This document shows positions 36,490 through 48,850 of a DNA stretch of 64,000 bases, piece after piece. Below the pieces are notes generated by a model. That model was not told where the DNA came from and made no database searches. It saw only the letters and a program-made list of their open reading frames with translations. The stretch spans positions 66,004,767-66,068,766 of the forward strand of contig JARDVH010000031.1 in the NCBI GenBank assembly GCA_030324005.1. The letters are read 5' to 3'. This DNA comes from Negaprion brevirostris (Eukaryota). Positions within the stretch are counted from its first letter, which is position 1. Each line of letters opens with the position of its first letter. The position numbers and the translations under genes are program-made.

Positions 36490-36780
36490 GAAATCTTCTT
36501 TGAATAAGGCCATGATGTTGTTTACGTTTGTCTGCTTAGGCAGACAACATTCTTCATGACCATTCCAATAAATTGTCAGCCTGAATAGCAGCTGATCGCA
36601 AAACCTCAAGTCAGGCTGATGCCCAAGCACTTCAGATCCTAATTTTAAATAGTGACAATGCAGATAACATGAACATATTGGCATTGATTGAGATGAACTG
36701 CACTCTTCTCACAGCCAAATAGGCTAAAAGTGGCAGAGTGTTCACACTTCGAATAAAATTGAACTGGCAGCAAGTAGAGA
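36490..36780. promoter_or_regulatory. Candidate enhancer with FOX site and inverted SMAD-like pair
   Basis: TGTTTAC at 36519-36525 beside inverted repeat TTGTCTGC-ttag-GCAGACAA (36528-36547); CCAATAAA, TGTCA and TGACA motifs. Confidence 0.35.
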
Positions 36781-36869
36781 AAAAAATCATAGGAAAGTTA
36801 CTGTGGGCTGTGGAAGTGTTGTCACTCCATATTGACAGCGAAAGACAGGGCAACAGAATAAGGGCAGCA

Positions 36870-39250
36870 GGAGACAAAGTAAACTACAAGGGCAAACTAA
36901 TATAAAAACTGACAAGAACTTTTTTACATATATCAAAGGGAAGATAGGGGGTAAAAGTGAACATAGGCCCCTTAGAAAATGAATCTGGGGGCATAGTTAT
37001 GGGGAACAAGGAGTAGGCAGAGGAGTTGAACAAGTATTTTGCATCAGTCTTTATTGTGGAAGATACTTCTAACATCCCATTAATCCTAAAAAATACAGGG
37101 GAAGAATTAAGTGCCATTACCATCACACAAGAAGTAATATTAGACAGACTAATGGGACTAAAGGTAGATGAGGTTCTTAGGGTGCAAGCCATCAGTTTAA
37201 TCATTTAAACTTTAAATCCCTGATCCTGATGGCTTGCATCCTAAGATCGTAAAAGAAGTAACTACAGAGATAGTGGATATTTCGGTTGTAATTTTCCAAA
37301 AATCTTTGGATTCTGGAGGAGTACCAGAGGATTGGAAAACTGGCAATGTGAAACCCTTACCTAAAAAGGGAGGGAGACAAAAAGCAGGAAATCGTAATTT
37401 GTAGCCTAACATCTATTGTTGGAAAAATACTGGAATTAATTAGCAAGGAAGTGATTGCAGCACATTTAGAAAATCATAATCTAATCAAGCAGCGTTAGCA
37501 TGGCTTTATGAAAGAAAATCATGTCTGACTAATCTATTAAATTTTTTGAGGAAGTCTCAACCAGAGTGGATAGAGGGAAACTGGTAAATGTGTTATAGTT
37601 GGAATTCCACAAGGCATTCAACGAGGCACCTCACAAAAGTTTAGGTCATGAGATAAGAGCCCATGGTGTTGGAGGTAATATATTGGCATGGATTGAAAAT
37701 TGGTTAATGTGGAGATAAGAGGTTCTTCAATGGTTGGTGCATTGTAACCAGTGAGATTTCACAGGGATCAGTGCTGGGACTGCAACTGTTTACAGTTTAC
37801 ATTAATACATTAATGACCTGGAGTAAAGAAGAATGTGCTGTAGCCAAATTTACAGATGACACAAAAATAGGTGGACAGGCAAGGTGTGAGAGGGGTACAA
37901 ATGGTTTACAAAGAGATGTTGATAAGTTTAGTATGTGGACAAAAAATTGGCAATATGGAAAAATGTGGGCCGGAATTCTCCCAAAAAAGTTCTGTGTCAA
38001 ATTTGTGTGAAAACTGGAGTAAATAACGTTGATTTTTTTTCAGTAGGATTTTTAAGATGAATTCCCCACATTCTGCACACTGGAGAAGTCGCTAGCATAG
38101 CACTAAGCGGCCTCTGGGCATGCACCGATCTGTTACTGCCAAGATTGGCGCATGCGCAGTAGCCCCGCACTGCTGGCCTACTGATTTGCTGGTCAGTTCG
38201 GTTGCTGGCCCCCGGGCCATTCTCGAACTTCTCTCCCCAGCCCGCTCTGATCTCCAGCCCCACCCAACCCCAAATTCCTCACTCCCACAGTCCCACCCTA
38301 CCCCCCGCAGTGCTGACCATCTCACTGCGGTCCAGACACTCCCACCAGGCTGACAACTCCCCCCTCCTCTGCCTGCCCAGCTCACCCTGATGGCTGGCCT
38401 CCCTCCTTCTCCTACCGATCCTGCCTACAGAGTGGCAGCGGGACCACCACCCCCCCTGATCACCTCATTGGGCCCCCCGGGCCCTACCCTCCATAAGTCC
38501 CACCCCCATGGCACTGCCCCATGCTCGATGGGCCGTGCCAAGGTGCCCAAATTGACACTGCCAAGGTGCTAATTCCCAGGCGGCACCCCCCCCCCCCCCC
38601 CCCCCCGCCCCCCCCCCNNNNNNNNNNNNNNNNNNNNNNNNNNNNNNNNNNNNNNNNNNNNNNNNNNNNNNNNNNNNNNNNNNNNNNNNNNNNNNNTGAA
38701 CCACTCCTGCGGGGGGGGGTGGGTGGGGGGATGCTGGCGGACCCAGAAACTTCAGTCTTGGGCCTGCTAATGACTTTCAAATTATGTGAAGGGATTATCT
38801 AATGAGGAAAGGTTTAACAGGTTGAGACTCTGTTGATTGGAATTTAGAAGAATGAGAAGTAATTGTCCTTGAAACATACAGGATTCTTAAGGGGCTTAAA
38901 ATGGTAAATGCTGAGTGACTGTTTACCCTCATGGGAGGGACTTGGACCACAGCATATAGTCTCAGAATAAAGGGGCTACAATTTAAGACTGAAATGAGGA
39001 GGAATTTCTTCTCACAGAGAGTTGTGAATCTTTGGAACACCTTGCCACACAGAGCTGCTGGAGTAGAGTTCTTATGCATATTTAAGGCTGAGATAGATAC
39101 ATTTCTGATCAGTAAAGAAATCAAGGATTATGGGGAAGGGGCAGGAAAATGGACGTGAGGAATGATGGGTCAGCCATGAGCCTATTGAATGGTGGAGCAG
39201 GCTTAAGGGACCGGATGGCCTACTCCTTTCCATATTTATGATCTTATGGT
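36870..39250 (+). mobile_element. Long degraded CR1 LINE ORF2 (RT) plus 3'UTR, interrupted at 37966-38770
   Basis: LNKYFASVF, PDGLHPKIVKE, VPEDWKTGNV, QGSVLGLQLFTVYIN, KFTDDTKIGG, MRRNFFSQRVVNLWNTLP; stops and frameshifts; tail atttatgatcttatg. Confidence 0.92.
37967..38770. mobile_element. Non-autonomous Harbinger-like element inserted in CR1
   Basis: Starts gggccggaattctccc; GCGCATGCGC core; C-rich interior similar to 34900-35130; poly-C before gap. Confidence 0.6.
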
Positions 39251-39535
39251 TTTAGCAGGCCTTGATTTGGCCAGCCAAATCTTCTGCCAAAAACAAGAGG
39301 GGACTCATTGTCAGGTCTAATGGCATTGCTAAGATGCCAATGTCAGTTTTGTTCACATTACTACCATCAGTTATTAAACCAACTCACAAACCATGTGTAG
39401 TATCAGCCGGAAAGTGACTATTCACAGTGGTATTTAAAGGGGCCCTCAGCTGCAATAAGGGTGAGCTTGAAATAGGTCTGGCATCCATTTTTACAGGAGC
39501 ACCTTAGGCAGTTGAGCCTCAAGGACCTTCAAAGC

Positions 39536-39632
39536 GCTTTGACAAAACGTCAGCTGGACTTGAAATTTCAACTCCTTTCTCTCCTTACAGATGCTGCCAG
39601 ACCTGCTGAGATTTCCCAGCATTTTCTCTTTT
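39536..39632 (+). mobile_element. Penelope-like terminal fragment (family B) with decayed hammerhead-like core
   Basis: gctttgacaaaacgtcagctggacttgaaatttcaac...acagatgctgccagacctgctgagatttcccagcattttct homologous to 15345-15430. Confidence 0.65.
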
Positions 39633-40329
39633 GCCTTCAATATTTTCTGTAGCTGTAGATCTTACAAAAGGCCCTGTGTGTTTAAATGACCACTTCCTTT
39701 CAGTATCAATGCTTCAAACCCTCCTCTTTAAGCTGGTGCTGCAACCCTATGGAGATTATCTATCTTGTTGATGTTTGTCAGCTACCTGCAGGTAGATCAG
39801 TTAATTTTGGAAGCTTGCTGTGGTAGCGTGGCCCCTTTAAGGGGGTCTGAAGGCCACATGTTTGAGGCAGACCCTGAGGATTGTCAAGGCAGAAAACTGA
39901 ACCAGTTGAAAGCAAGGGCACTTATCCTGGGTTGAAGAGTTCCTGTAATTAGAATCTGGGCGGAGAGTTGTATCATCGCATAGCTGATTCAAGCTGAGTG
40001 ATTGTTGTAAATACTTAGCTATCATTGGCAATAAATCCCTTGTTATTTTGATCACAGCGAGTCACCCTCAATTTACAAGACTTATGTTCTGTGTGAAGAA
40101 GGGCCAACCAGTAAAATGTATCAGGCTTCTCACAGACATGTTAAACTGAAGCAAACTCTCTCTGCCCAGGATATGTGTTGGAAAAGTAAACCATGATATC
40201 TGTGGCCAAGTGGACCAATATGACAAGTGCACAAATGGGACTTGATCCAGACCACTTTAGTCAGGCATATTCATACTGTAAAATGGCATATTATCATTCA
40301 TACTGTCATGTGGTTGTCAATCGTCAAAA

Positions 40330-40792
40330 AAAGGATAATGACTGCCAGTCTTCCTAATTGATGCATTCTCAGGCAATGTAGCAGGCCGTCCTGAAGCCAT
40401 AAGTCTTTAGGAAGAGGAGAAAAGAGCTGTCTTGAGGTCCTCGAGCCAGGGTTCTTCTGCAGTCATCGTTTGACTGCTGGACTGTGTTGTGGCTTGGTGG
40501 ATGATGCATTGCTGCATGATATAGTTTGTGGCAAGTTCCTCCTGTGTACTAGCGCTCCCTTTTCAGAAAGGTTATCAGAGTGTCCTCGAAACGTTTTTCC
40601 TGGTCTCCTTGAGATCTGATGCCATCCTTAAGTTGTGAGAAATGCTTCAGAAGCTGATTATTCATGTTTGTTAATGCAATGTCAAGGCAAGCAGAGCTGA
40701 TTATGTATCATCATGGTTGTAAAGCTGGAGGAATTGGCTTCAGTGAGGATGCTGAAGTTTGATCTTCTGTCTTCCCACTTGATTTTGAGTGT
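40330..40792 (-). mobile_element. RTE-clade LINE C-terminal fragment
   Basis: Minus translates LKIKWEDRRSNFSILTEANSSSFTTMMIHNQL (cf. L-I-W-D--TN--VL, QLRW-GH). Confidence 0.7.
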
Positions 40793-40797
40793 TCTTG

Positions 40798-41372
40798 TTT
40801 TATTCATTTATTGGACATGTCACTGGCTGGCCAGCATTTATTGCCCGTCCCTAGTTGTCCTTGGGAAGGTGGTGGTGATCTGTCTTCTTGAATCGCTGCA
40901 GTCCACATGCCTTGGGTTGACCCACAATGCCATTAGGGAGGAAAATCCAGGACTTTGACCCAACGATTGCAAAGGAACGGTAATATATTTCCAAGTCAGG
41001 ACAGTGAGTGGCTTGGAGGGGAATTTGCAGGTGATGGTGTTCCCATGTTTCTGCTGCCCTTGTCCCTCTAGATAGAAGTGGTCATGCGTTTGGAAGATGC
41101 TGTCTAAGAATCTTTGACGAATTGCTGTAGTGCATCTCATAAATAGCATACACTGCTGCTACTGAACTTCAAAGGTGGAGGGAGTTGATGTTTGTAAATG
41201 AGGTGTCAATCAAGCAGGCTGCTTTGTCTTGGGTGGTGTCAAGCTTTTTGAGTGTTGTTGGAGCTGGACCCATCTAGGTAAGTGGGGCAGATTCCATCAC
41301 ACTCCTGACTTGTGCCTTGTAGATAGTGGTTAGGCTTTGGGGAGTCAGGAGTTGAGTTACTTGCCACAGTGC
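40798..41372 (-). mobile_element. CR1-group LINE (second family) 3' end; further piece at 42205-42405
   Basis: Minus translates YKAQVRSVMESAPLT*MGPAPTTLKKLDTTQDKAACLI and GSKSWIFLPNGIVG..LQRFKKTDHHHLPKDN*. Confidence 0.85.
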
Positions 41373-42667
41373 AGGAGTTTTTCAGACATCCATGTATTTT
41401 GCTGGCTTCGTGCAAGAGATTTCTCTTTATTAATACAGTGCAGCAAATACAAAGAAATTGCTGGACTCAGTAGTTTCTGGTTGAAGGCACTCTTTAATCG
41501 ACCCCGGTCTGGTTTCCACCATGAAGGGAGAGCAGCTTAAGATAGCTCAAATTACTCTAACTAAATTATCAAGACATTCTGCAATTATACATCTTCAGGA
41601 CTCATCTACCTGCCTACTCTGTCCATCTTAATAGGACAGACCATTCATTAATATGGGTTATTTACCTTGGCCAATTACATCCTATTCATTGGCAGCATGA
41701 AAATTCATTGGTCCATAGAATCCAGAAGCTCCCACACACTTGTCCCTGAGCAACCTTTACATCAGTAATGGTTCCGTTGTCACTCTATAGCATTCAAGAG
41801 TTTCCATTTCCGTTCCCACTGTCTGCTAAGCATTTCTTACCAGTAGAAATGAACTGTCTCATTTATTTAACACCTGGGAACTATACTGATAAAAACTATG
41901 CCCTGTGGCTGTATTGTTCTTGAATAATGTGGATCATCTCACTCAGCTTTCATCCCCTCATGCCTTGGGGCAGTCTTCATTTGGCCAAGGTGTATAGGAT
42001 ACTTTCAAAAAAACATATTTAAAATCTCTAATAGTGGTTATATGTGTTTCTATGCAACTGTACCTTTGTAATTCCAGGTACATCATACTTTTCCATACTA
42101 TACTCATTGCTAAATTAATCTACCCTTATTTTATTAGTCTTTTAATACCAAACTATCTTCTTTCCTCTCACACCTAGCCTTTTACCTGCTCTTGTAATGA
42201 CTGTGTTTATGTGGTGAGTCCAGTTGAGTGTCTGATCAATAGTAACCCAAGGAAGTTGACAGTGGGGTATTCAGTTATGGTAACACCATTAAACGTCAAG
42301 GGGTGCTGGTTATTGGTGATGATCATTGTCTGGCATTTGTGTGGCGTGAATGTTATTTGCTACTTGTCAGCCCAAGCCTGAATATGTCCAGACCTTGTTG
42401 CATTGTGCAGAGATACTGCTGGCAAAAATTCTCCAGCAGCTGTAAATGCCTTTGATAGGTGACCTAAATCTTACTGTCATATAAAAGGGTAGTGACCAGA
42501 ACAGCATTGTAAACTAAAGCCTTTGTCCTGTTACTGGGATCACAGTTGTCAAAGACTCAGTTGCACCATTTTTGGAAGGTTGTGCTGACACAGCTGATTT
42601 TAGGTTTTGTTTTGAGGAAGTTAGCTGCAGAGATATGAAAAGTCTTCAATGACATCTAAAGTCTTTA

Positions 42668-42800
42668 GGGGAGGTGATGGCCTAGTGGTATTATTGCTAG
42701 ACTATTAATCAAGAAACTCAGCTAATGTTCTGGGGACCTGGGTTCGAATCCCACCATGACAGATGGTGGAATTTAAATTCAATGAAAAATATCTGGAATT
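42668..42800 (+). mobile_element. Second tRNA-headed SINE family, 5' part
   Basis: A box TGGCCTAGTGG and B box GGTTCGAATCC followed by SINE body gatggtggaatttaaattcaat; reverse copy at 57550-57783. Confidence 0.75.
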
Positions 42801-42849
42801 AATATATACACTCATCCCATTTTTCTGCGTTTGTTCCAAATCCTTAAAT

Positions 42850-43330
42850 GTTATGCTACTTCAAGTGTTCATCCAAGTTTTTTTAAACCTTGTAAGGTTG
42901 CCGGCCTCCACTACTTTCCCAGCCTGTGCATTCCAGATTCCCATCACCTCTGAGTGATTTTTTTTGTTCTCAAATCCCCTCTGAATCTCCCACCATTACC
43001 CTTAATCCAAACCCCCCATGACTGACTCCTCAACCAAGGGGAACAACTGCTTCCTACTCACCCTGCCCATACCCCTCATAATCTTAAACATCGCAGTCAT
43101 ATACCCCCCTCCCCCCGCCTTCTCGGCTCTAGAGAAAACAATCCCCCTATCTCTCCATATATCCAGGCAACATCCTGGTGAATCTCCTCTGTATCCCCTC
43201 TAGTGCTATCACATCCTTCTTCTGGTGAGGTGACCAGAACTGCACAGAATGCTCCAGCTGTGGCCTAACCAATGCTCTGTATAACTCCAACATTACCTTG
43301 CATGTATACTCTATGCGATGACTGATAAAA
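42850..43330 (-). mobile_element. CR1 LINE 3' fragment
   Basis: MLELYRALVRPQLEHSVQFWSPHQKKDVIALEGIQRRFTRMLPG. Confidence 0.88.
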
Positions 43331-43334
43331 GTCA

Positions 43335-43655
43335 CAGTCCTGGGGCTACCTTTACTGTGGCTCTCAGCTCACTGAGATTGAAAAGCTTCCTGTCGAGTCG
43401 AAACTTAATCATGACTCCTTGTTGAAGTTGGTCATGAATGTGTTCCATGATCAGGCTGAGGTGGATGGTGAAGAAAATTGATAAAGTCACACAGCCCTGC
43501 TTGCTGTCCATTTGGACATGAAAGCTATCCAATCCATTGAAAAAGAAGGTTACTGTCATGCAGAATAGCAACAAATTCTGCTGGACATCCAAGTCTCTGG
43601 AGCACTTTCCAGAGGGCTTTGTGGTTAATCAAATCAAAGACCTTCGACAGATTGA
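43335..43655 (-). mobile_element. RTE-clade RT fragment
   Basis: DSFHVQMDSKQGCVTLSIFF..GVMIKFRLDRKLFNLSELRATVKV. Confidence 0.75.
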
Positions 43656-43659
43656 TCAA

Positions 43660-44290
43660 AATATTCATACCAAACATAGTCCGCCAGCATTAATTCTATG
43701 TTAGATTAACCATGATAAAAGGGCGTAGCATCTATGATTGGCACAAAAATAGCTAAAATAGAATAACACCTTCTACATACAAGTGAAATAATAACAGGCA
43801 GCAGGGAATTAGTTCAAAGCTGTGTCTTAATCCGATAGATTGAAGGAGCATTATAAATCATTAAAACATTACCCCTTCTGAATCCATTAATTTGATTCTA
43901 ACCATACTTCTCACCAAATGCATTATTTTACACACAACCTTAAAGTTTCAAAATTAAATTCAAATTTATTTTGAGAACTTTTTATTCGAATGAGTACTTC
44001 TGCAATCACAAAAAGCAAGAATCCTGGCACATTGCAGCTTTCTTTGTGAATCATTTTTCATCAGTGTGTCATAAAATTCAATGGCAGCAAGAAATTGCAA
44101 ACCGTGACAAGCTCCGCTCACAATAAAAACGTACATTAAAAAAAATTGCAAATCAATTTTCATAAAAACATGCTGAATAATGCAATCGGGGAAAGCAATA
44201 AAGGTTAGCCACAACCTCAACTGGTATTTACAAAGGAATTTGCTCTTGCCGTCGCTTGCTTTGTTTTCAGATAATAGCAGGAATCTTAGC
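43660..44290. promoter_or_regulatory. Candidate conserved non-coding block
   Basis: Unique sequence with dense homeodomain motifs (CATTAATT twice, TAATCC, ATAAATCA) and retained CpGs. Confidence 0.35.
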
Positions 44291-45607
44291 AAGAAATGGC
44301 AGTGTTGATTCTGGCTGGAAAACCAATGNNNNNNNNNNNNNNNNNNNNNNNNNNNNNNNNNNNNNNNNNNNNNNNNNNNNNNNNNNNNNNNNNNNNNNNN
44401 NNNNNNNNNNNNNNNNNNNNNNNNNNNNNNNNNNNNNNNNNNNNNNNNNNNNNNNNNNNNNNNNNNNNNNNNNNNNNNNNNNNNNNNNNNNNNNNNNNNN
44501 NNNNNNNNNNNNNNNNNNNNNNNNNNNNNNNNNNNNNNNNNNNNNNNNNNNNNNNNNNNNNTCCCTTCCCACCCCCATGATCATCAGCCATTCCCTTCCC
44601 CACCAACCCCCTGCCCCCAGATCATTGTCTCCTTCCCGTCCCCAGAGGACATCGCCAGTGTCCCCAGCCTTCTGTCTGCTCCCAGCCAGCACCACATTTA
44701 AATGAAACCCCTCTCCAATGAGGATTGCGCTGGGACCTGCCCCTTGGCACAGATTGGCACTGCCAATTTGGGGTTACAGGTTGTACTCGGTGTTGGGTGT
44801 GTGTATGTGGAGTTGTGAAAGAGCATAAAGTGAGTTTGTGGAGAAGCTGGACTTGCATCATCTTTTATTACTGGACTGCAACTGAAGCTTGACATTTGCT
44901 TTAAATTATCAATGGGGTTGCTTCTGTTAAATAACTTGGAAAGGGCAGTGTCCTTGACCCAGCTGTAAACACAGTGTTGGACATAATGACCAAATTAATC
45001 CCATGCTCCAGAAAAATGAAATCCCAAGTGTTATTTTTTGTTATGGTCAATGTGAGAGAAAGGACAGGGATTTATAGCTTGAGGCAGTGAGTATGTGCAG
45101 GTCTAAATCTCTTATAATTCATAAGCAGCTGGTGAAGGCAGGCATGTACAATCAAAATCCGTGTTTCCCTTGGCCAGACGACGAAAGCGTTACAGATTTT
45201 AATCTAAGAACACACTCAAAATAAATGTAAGTCAACACAGTCTGCTGATTAAAGTTCTGTGCTTGATGACCCATTGGGTCACCGTCTCAGCAATGCATAA
45301 CCTCAAATGCACTTGGAAAAGAGAATTTGCATTGACTGGAAAGATGGGACTTGCTTTGGGGCATGTTCACAATACATTGAAGGGTTTCTGTAAAATAAGT
45401 TTGTTCTCAAATTTTGGACATTAAAAGCTAGAGAGGCAGAGGATGATTCTAAGCCCATGCTCACTATCTATGCGAATGCCGGTGGTGACTCAAGTTGCGG
45501 TGTTAAATTCTCACTGGTGAGTTCGCAATTTCAGATGTTCCCCTCCCCTCGTTGGTGACATTGTCATGTTCATGCCCATAATGAACATGAACTTGCTTTA
45601 CATTGAT

Positions 45608-45868
45608 AAAGTTAAAAGTTTATTTATTAGTCACAAGTAGGCTTACATTAACACTGCAACAAAGTTACTATGAAATTCCCCTCTGGTGCCTGTTCGGGTC
45701 AATCCACCTAATCAGCACATTTTTCAGATTGTGGGAGAAAACTGGAGTACCCAGAGGAAACCCATGCAGTCATGGGGAGAACATGAAAATACCACACAGA
45801 CAGTGATCCAAGCCAGGAATCAAACCTAGGTCCCTGGCACTGTGAGGCAGCAGTGTTAACCACTGAGC
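45608..45868 (-). mobile_element. HE1-like V-SINE, tail B, nested in a degraded DNA transposon (about 45435-46130)
   Basis: Reversed tail aaagtttatttattagtcacaagtaggcttacattaacactgc, V-core and head. Confidence 0.88.
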
Positions 45869-46319
45869 CAATTAACCCACTGCCCCCCTCAACCCGCTGT
45901 ATAATGTCTGCACCACCGTGATGCCACACCAGCACAGTTTACAACAGGTTCACCCAGGCACAGACATGTCGTGGGGGTTTCCCTGGAGATGCAAATGTAA
46001 GTATAGCCTCCAGGGGAGAGTTACATGGCCTAGCAATGCCTCCCTTGTACTGCCCCTTGGCAGAGGTTGGCATCATGTGCCTCTCTGCCATGAAAAGAAA
46101 ATTTGTCCCTGTTCAGGATCATGGTCTCACGATATGTGCTGGAAGTTTGCACATCAAACTGATGGCAAAACAGAGCTGTGATGATTCATGTGATAAAGTA
46201 AGCTGCTGACATTCATCATTCTAACTTATGGAGGGAACAGTTTTATCCTTGTTTTCACCTTCATAAAGAATTTAGAAGTAAATCAAATGGGTAGTGCAAA
46301 ACAAAAGATGGCAAGACAT

Positions 46320-46730
46320 AAAAACTCTTGCATGTTTTAGGGAATTTCATGCCCCAAAGTCTTCTTGAAAACCAATGAATTTGTGTCGAAGTTCACTCGC
46401 TGTTATAATGTAGGAAACATGCTGAGCTAAGTCATACAGACAGTTGCATGAGAAATGCTCAGATAATCTGTTTTAATGATATTTGTTGAGGGAGAAATGT
46501 TGAGCAGAACATCAGGGTAACTTCCCCACACTTTTTTCAAATCATGCATTATTTCACTTATTGTCATCTGAAAGAGCAGATGGGAATTTAGTTTAAGGAC
46601 AATAGGACAGCAGTCCCTTGGTGTTATACTGATGTGTGAGCCTAGATTATATGTGTTCAAATCACTGGAGTGGCACTCAAAATCATGAACTTCTAACTCC
46701 AGAGAGCTGTCACTGAAGCAAGGCTGATAC
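46320..46730 (-). mobile_element. DeuSINE (SacSINE1-like), near full length, degraded
   Basis: Plus strand gttgagggagaaatgttgagcagaacatcagggtaacttcccc...gagcagatggg...gtttaa...gtgagcctagattat is the reversed Deu domain; tRNA-like head at about 46670-46730. Confidence 0.65.
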
Positions 46731-47194
46731 CATCAGTCATAACCATTTGTATGTAATATTATGAAGTCCTAGTCTATGTATTGTGGTTCATTAATATTAG
46801 CCTCTCCCCTTCAATGCTTCTGATTCCGCATTGCATTGCTAATTCTGTTTGTACATACTTTTGGAAATTTGACCATATGACATTCCCATAGAATTTACTG
46901 ACAGGTGCAAATATTCTTGAATTTATCAATTAGAAGTTGTATTCCTTGGATTTTGAGTGTTTAGGCTTGTGCTGAGAAGCTTTTTTTGGGGAACAATATA
47001 AAAATAAAAGATAGAAAAACTTGTGAAAGTAGAGAGTGAAAATGCAATAGACAAGACAGTTGCAGAAAAATTAACAAAGGTGAGATTCAGAAGACACGCC
47101 AATATTTGTCAGGCTTGGTCTTTCAGGAAAGAAAATGAGATTTGCATCAACCTAAGGGCTGGGTTTTGCCTGAGTCACTTTTCTAAATCTTGAG

Positions 47195-47298
47195 GTTTTT
47201 TCACGAGACATGGGCGTTGTTCGCTGGCTAGCATTTATTGCCCATCCCTAGTTGCCTGGGGGTAGTTGAGACCGCATTGCTGTGGCTCTGGAGTCACT
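47195..47298 (-). mobile_element. 3' end of second SINE family (tail shared with CR1-group LINE)
   Basis: ctggctagcatttattgcccatccctagttgcc matches LINE tail at 40824-40860; then SINE body cattgctgtggctctggagtcac. Confidence 0.75.
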
Positions 47299-48387
47299 GC
47301 ACAGGTAACCTCACAGGCTGAGTTGTGAGTTATGTCTTAGATTTCACAGCAGATCATTTCACAAAAGATGCTTAGCGGTATCTGAATTACACTTTGATTC
47401 TGTTTTGTATGTGCTGATAACTGAACCCTTTTTGAAATAGACATGCATTGTGTTGACTGAATTTAATTTTAAATGATGATTGTTCACCTCAATTAATGCT
47501 TGGTGAAATATCCTAGTTTTATCAAGCGCTTTGAATGGCAAACAAAATAGATTAACANNNNNNNNNNNNNNNNNNNNNNNNNNNNNNNNNNNNNNNNNNN
47601 NNNNNNNNNNNNNNNNNNNNNNNNNNNNNNNNNNNNNNNNNNNNNNNNNNNNNNNNNNNNNNNNNNNNNNNNNNNNNNNNNNNNNNNNNNNNNNNNNNNN
47701 NNNNNNNNNNNNNNNNNNNNNNNNNNNNNNNNNNNNNNNNNNNNNNNNNNNNNNNNNNNNNNNNNNNNNNNNNNNNNNNNNNNNNNNNNNNNNNNNNNNN
47801 NNNNNNNNNNNNNNNNNNNNNNNNNNNNNNNNNNNNNNNNNNNNNNNNNNNNNNNNNNNNNNNNNNNNNNNNNNNNNNNNNNNNNNNNNNNNNNNNNNNN
47901 NNNNNNNNNNNNNNNNNNNNNNNNNNNNNNNNNNNNNNNNNNNNNNNNNNNNNNNNNNNNNNNNNNNNNNNNNNNNNNNNNNNNNNNNNNNNNNNNNNNN
48001 NNNNNNNNNNNNNNNNNNNNNNNNNNNNNNNNNNNNNNNNNNNNNNNNNNNNNNNNNNNNNNNNNNNNNNNNNNNNNNNNNNNNNNNNNNNNNNNNNNNN
48101 NNNNNNNNNNNNNNNNNNNNNNNNNNNNNNNNNNNNNNNNNNNNNNNNNNNNNNNNNNNNNNNNNNNNNNNNNNNNNNNNNNNNNNNNNNNNNNNNNNNN
48201 NNNNNNNNNNNNNNNNNNNNNNNNNNNNNNNNNNNNNNNNNNNNNNNNNNNNNNNNNNNNNNNNNNNNNNNNNNNNNNNNNNNNNNNNNNNNNNNNNNNN
48301 NNNNNNNNNNNNNNNNNNNNNNNNAACATTTCCAATAGTTATGTTTTTTGCATTCTATTTATGCAACAAAATTCATAAAGAAATATA

Positions 48388-48753
48388 GGGCTTGATTTCA
48401 CCATTTTTGTTCTAAGTGCTGAATCTGGGCATAATTCAGGTCCAACTTAGAAATCTGCTTTCAGGCGCCCCCATTAGCACTTAGCCTGAAAATTAAATTG
48501 CAGGTCCCATTTGCGCTGTGGGTGGGGCTTAGTGCACCTGAAATGATTGGAGCTCTGAACTGTGCATGCGCAGTTAGACAAAAATTTAAATCGCCGTGGC
48601 ACCCATTTTGGACGTGAAGCGGATCTCGGCCATTCCTGGGTTTCGGTAAAGTGGCCATCTGCACGGACGCAGGTGCAGATCACGTTAATGACCTCACACT
48701 TGACTTTACCACATTTTCAAAAACGGGTGCAATGCAATAGTAAAACAGGGCCC
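48388..48753. mobile_element. Complete 366-bp Harbinger-like MITE with 3-bp TSD
   Basis: Imperfect TIRs gggcttgatttcacca / tagtaaaacagggccc, flanked by ATA at 48385-48387 and 48754-48756. Confidence 0.75.
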
Positions 48754-48850
48754 ATAGTTTAAAAATAATTCTGATTTTAATTCTTCTTAAATTAGTTGTT
48801 AATTTGCGGCCTTTATATATCTTGTCACTTTTCTCTGGTTTTGGATGTGA

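Noticed and set aside
42668-42755. tRNA-like A and B boxes
   Set aside because: Runs directly into SINE body sequence and lacks a proper acceptor stem; a SINE head, not a tRNA gene
45267-45281. Palindrome TGACCCATTGGGTCA (everted nuclear-receptor half sites)
   Set aside because: A single short palindrome is expected by chance in 64 kb
47493-48388. Longest ORFs in the track (280-285 aa; also 34836-35594, 44256-44705, 57303-57593)
   Set aside because: They are open only because they run through N gaps
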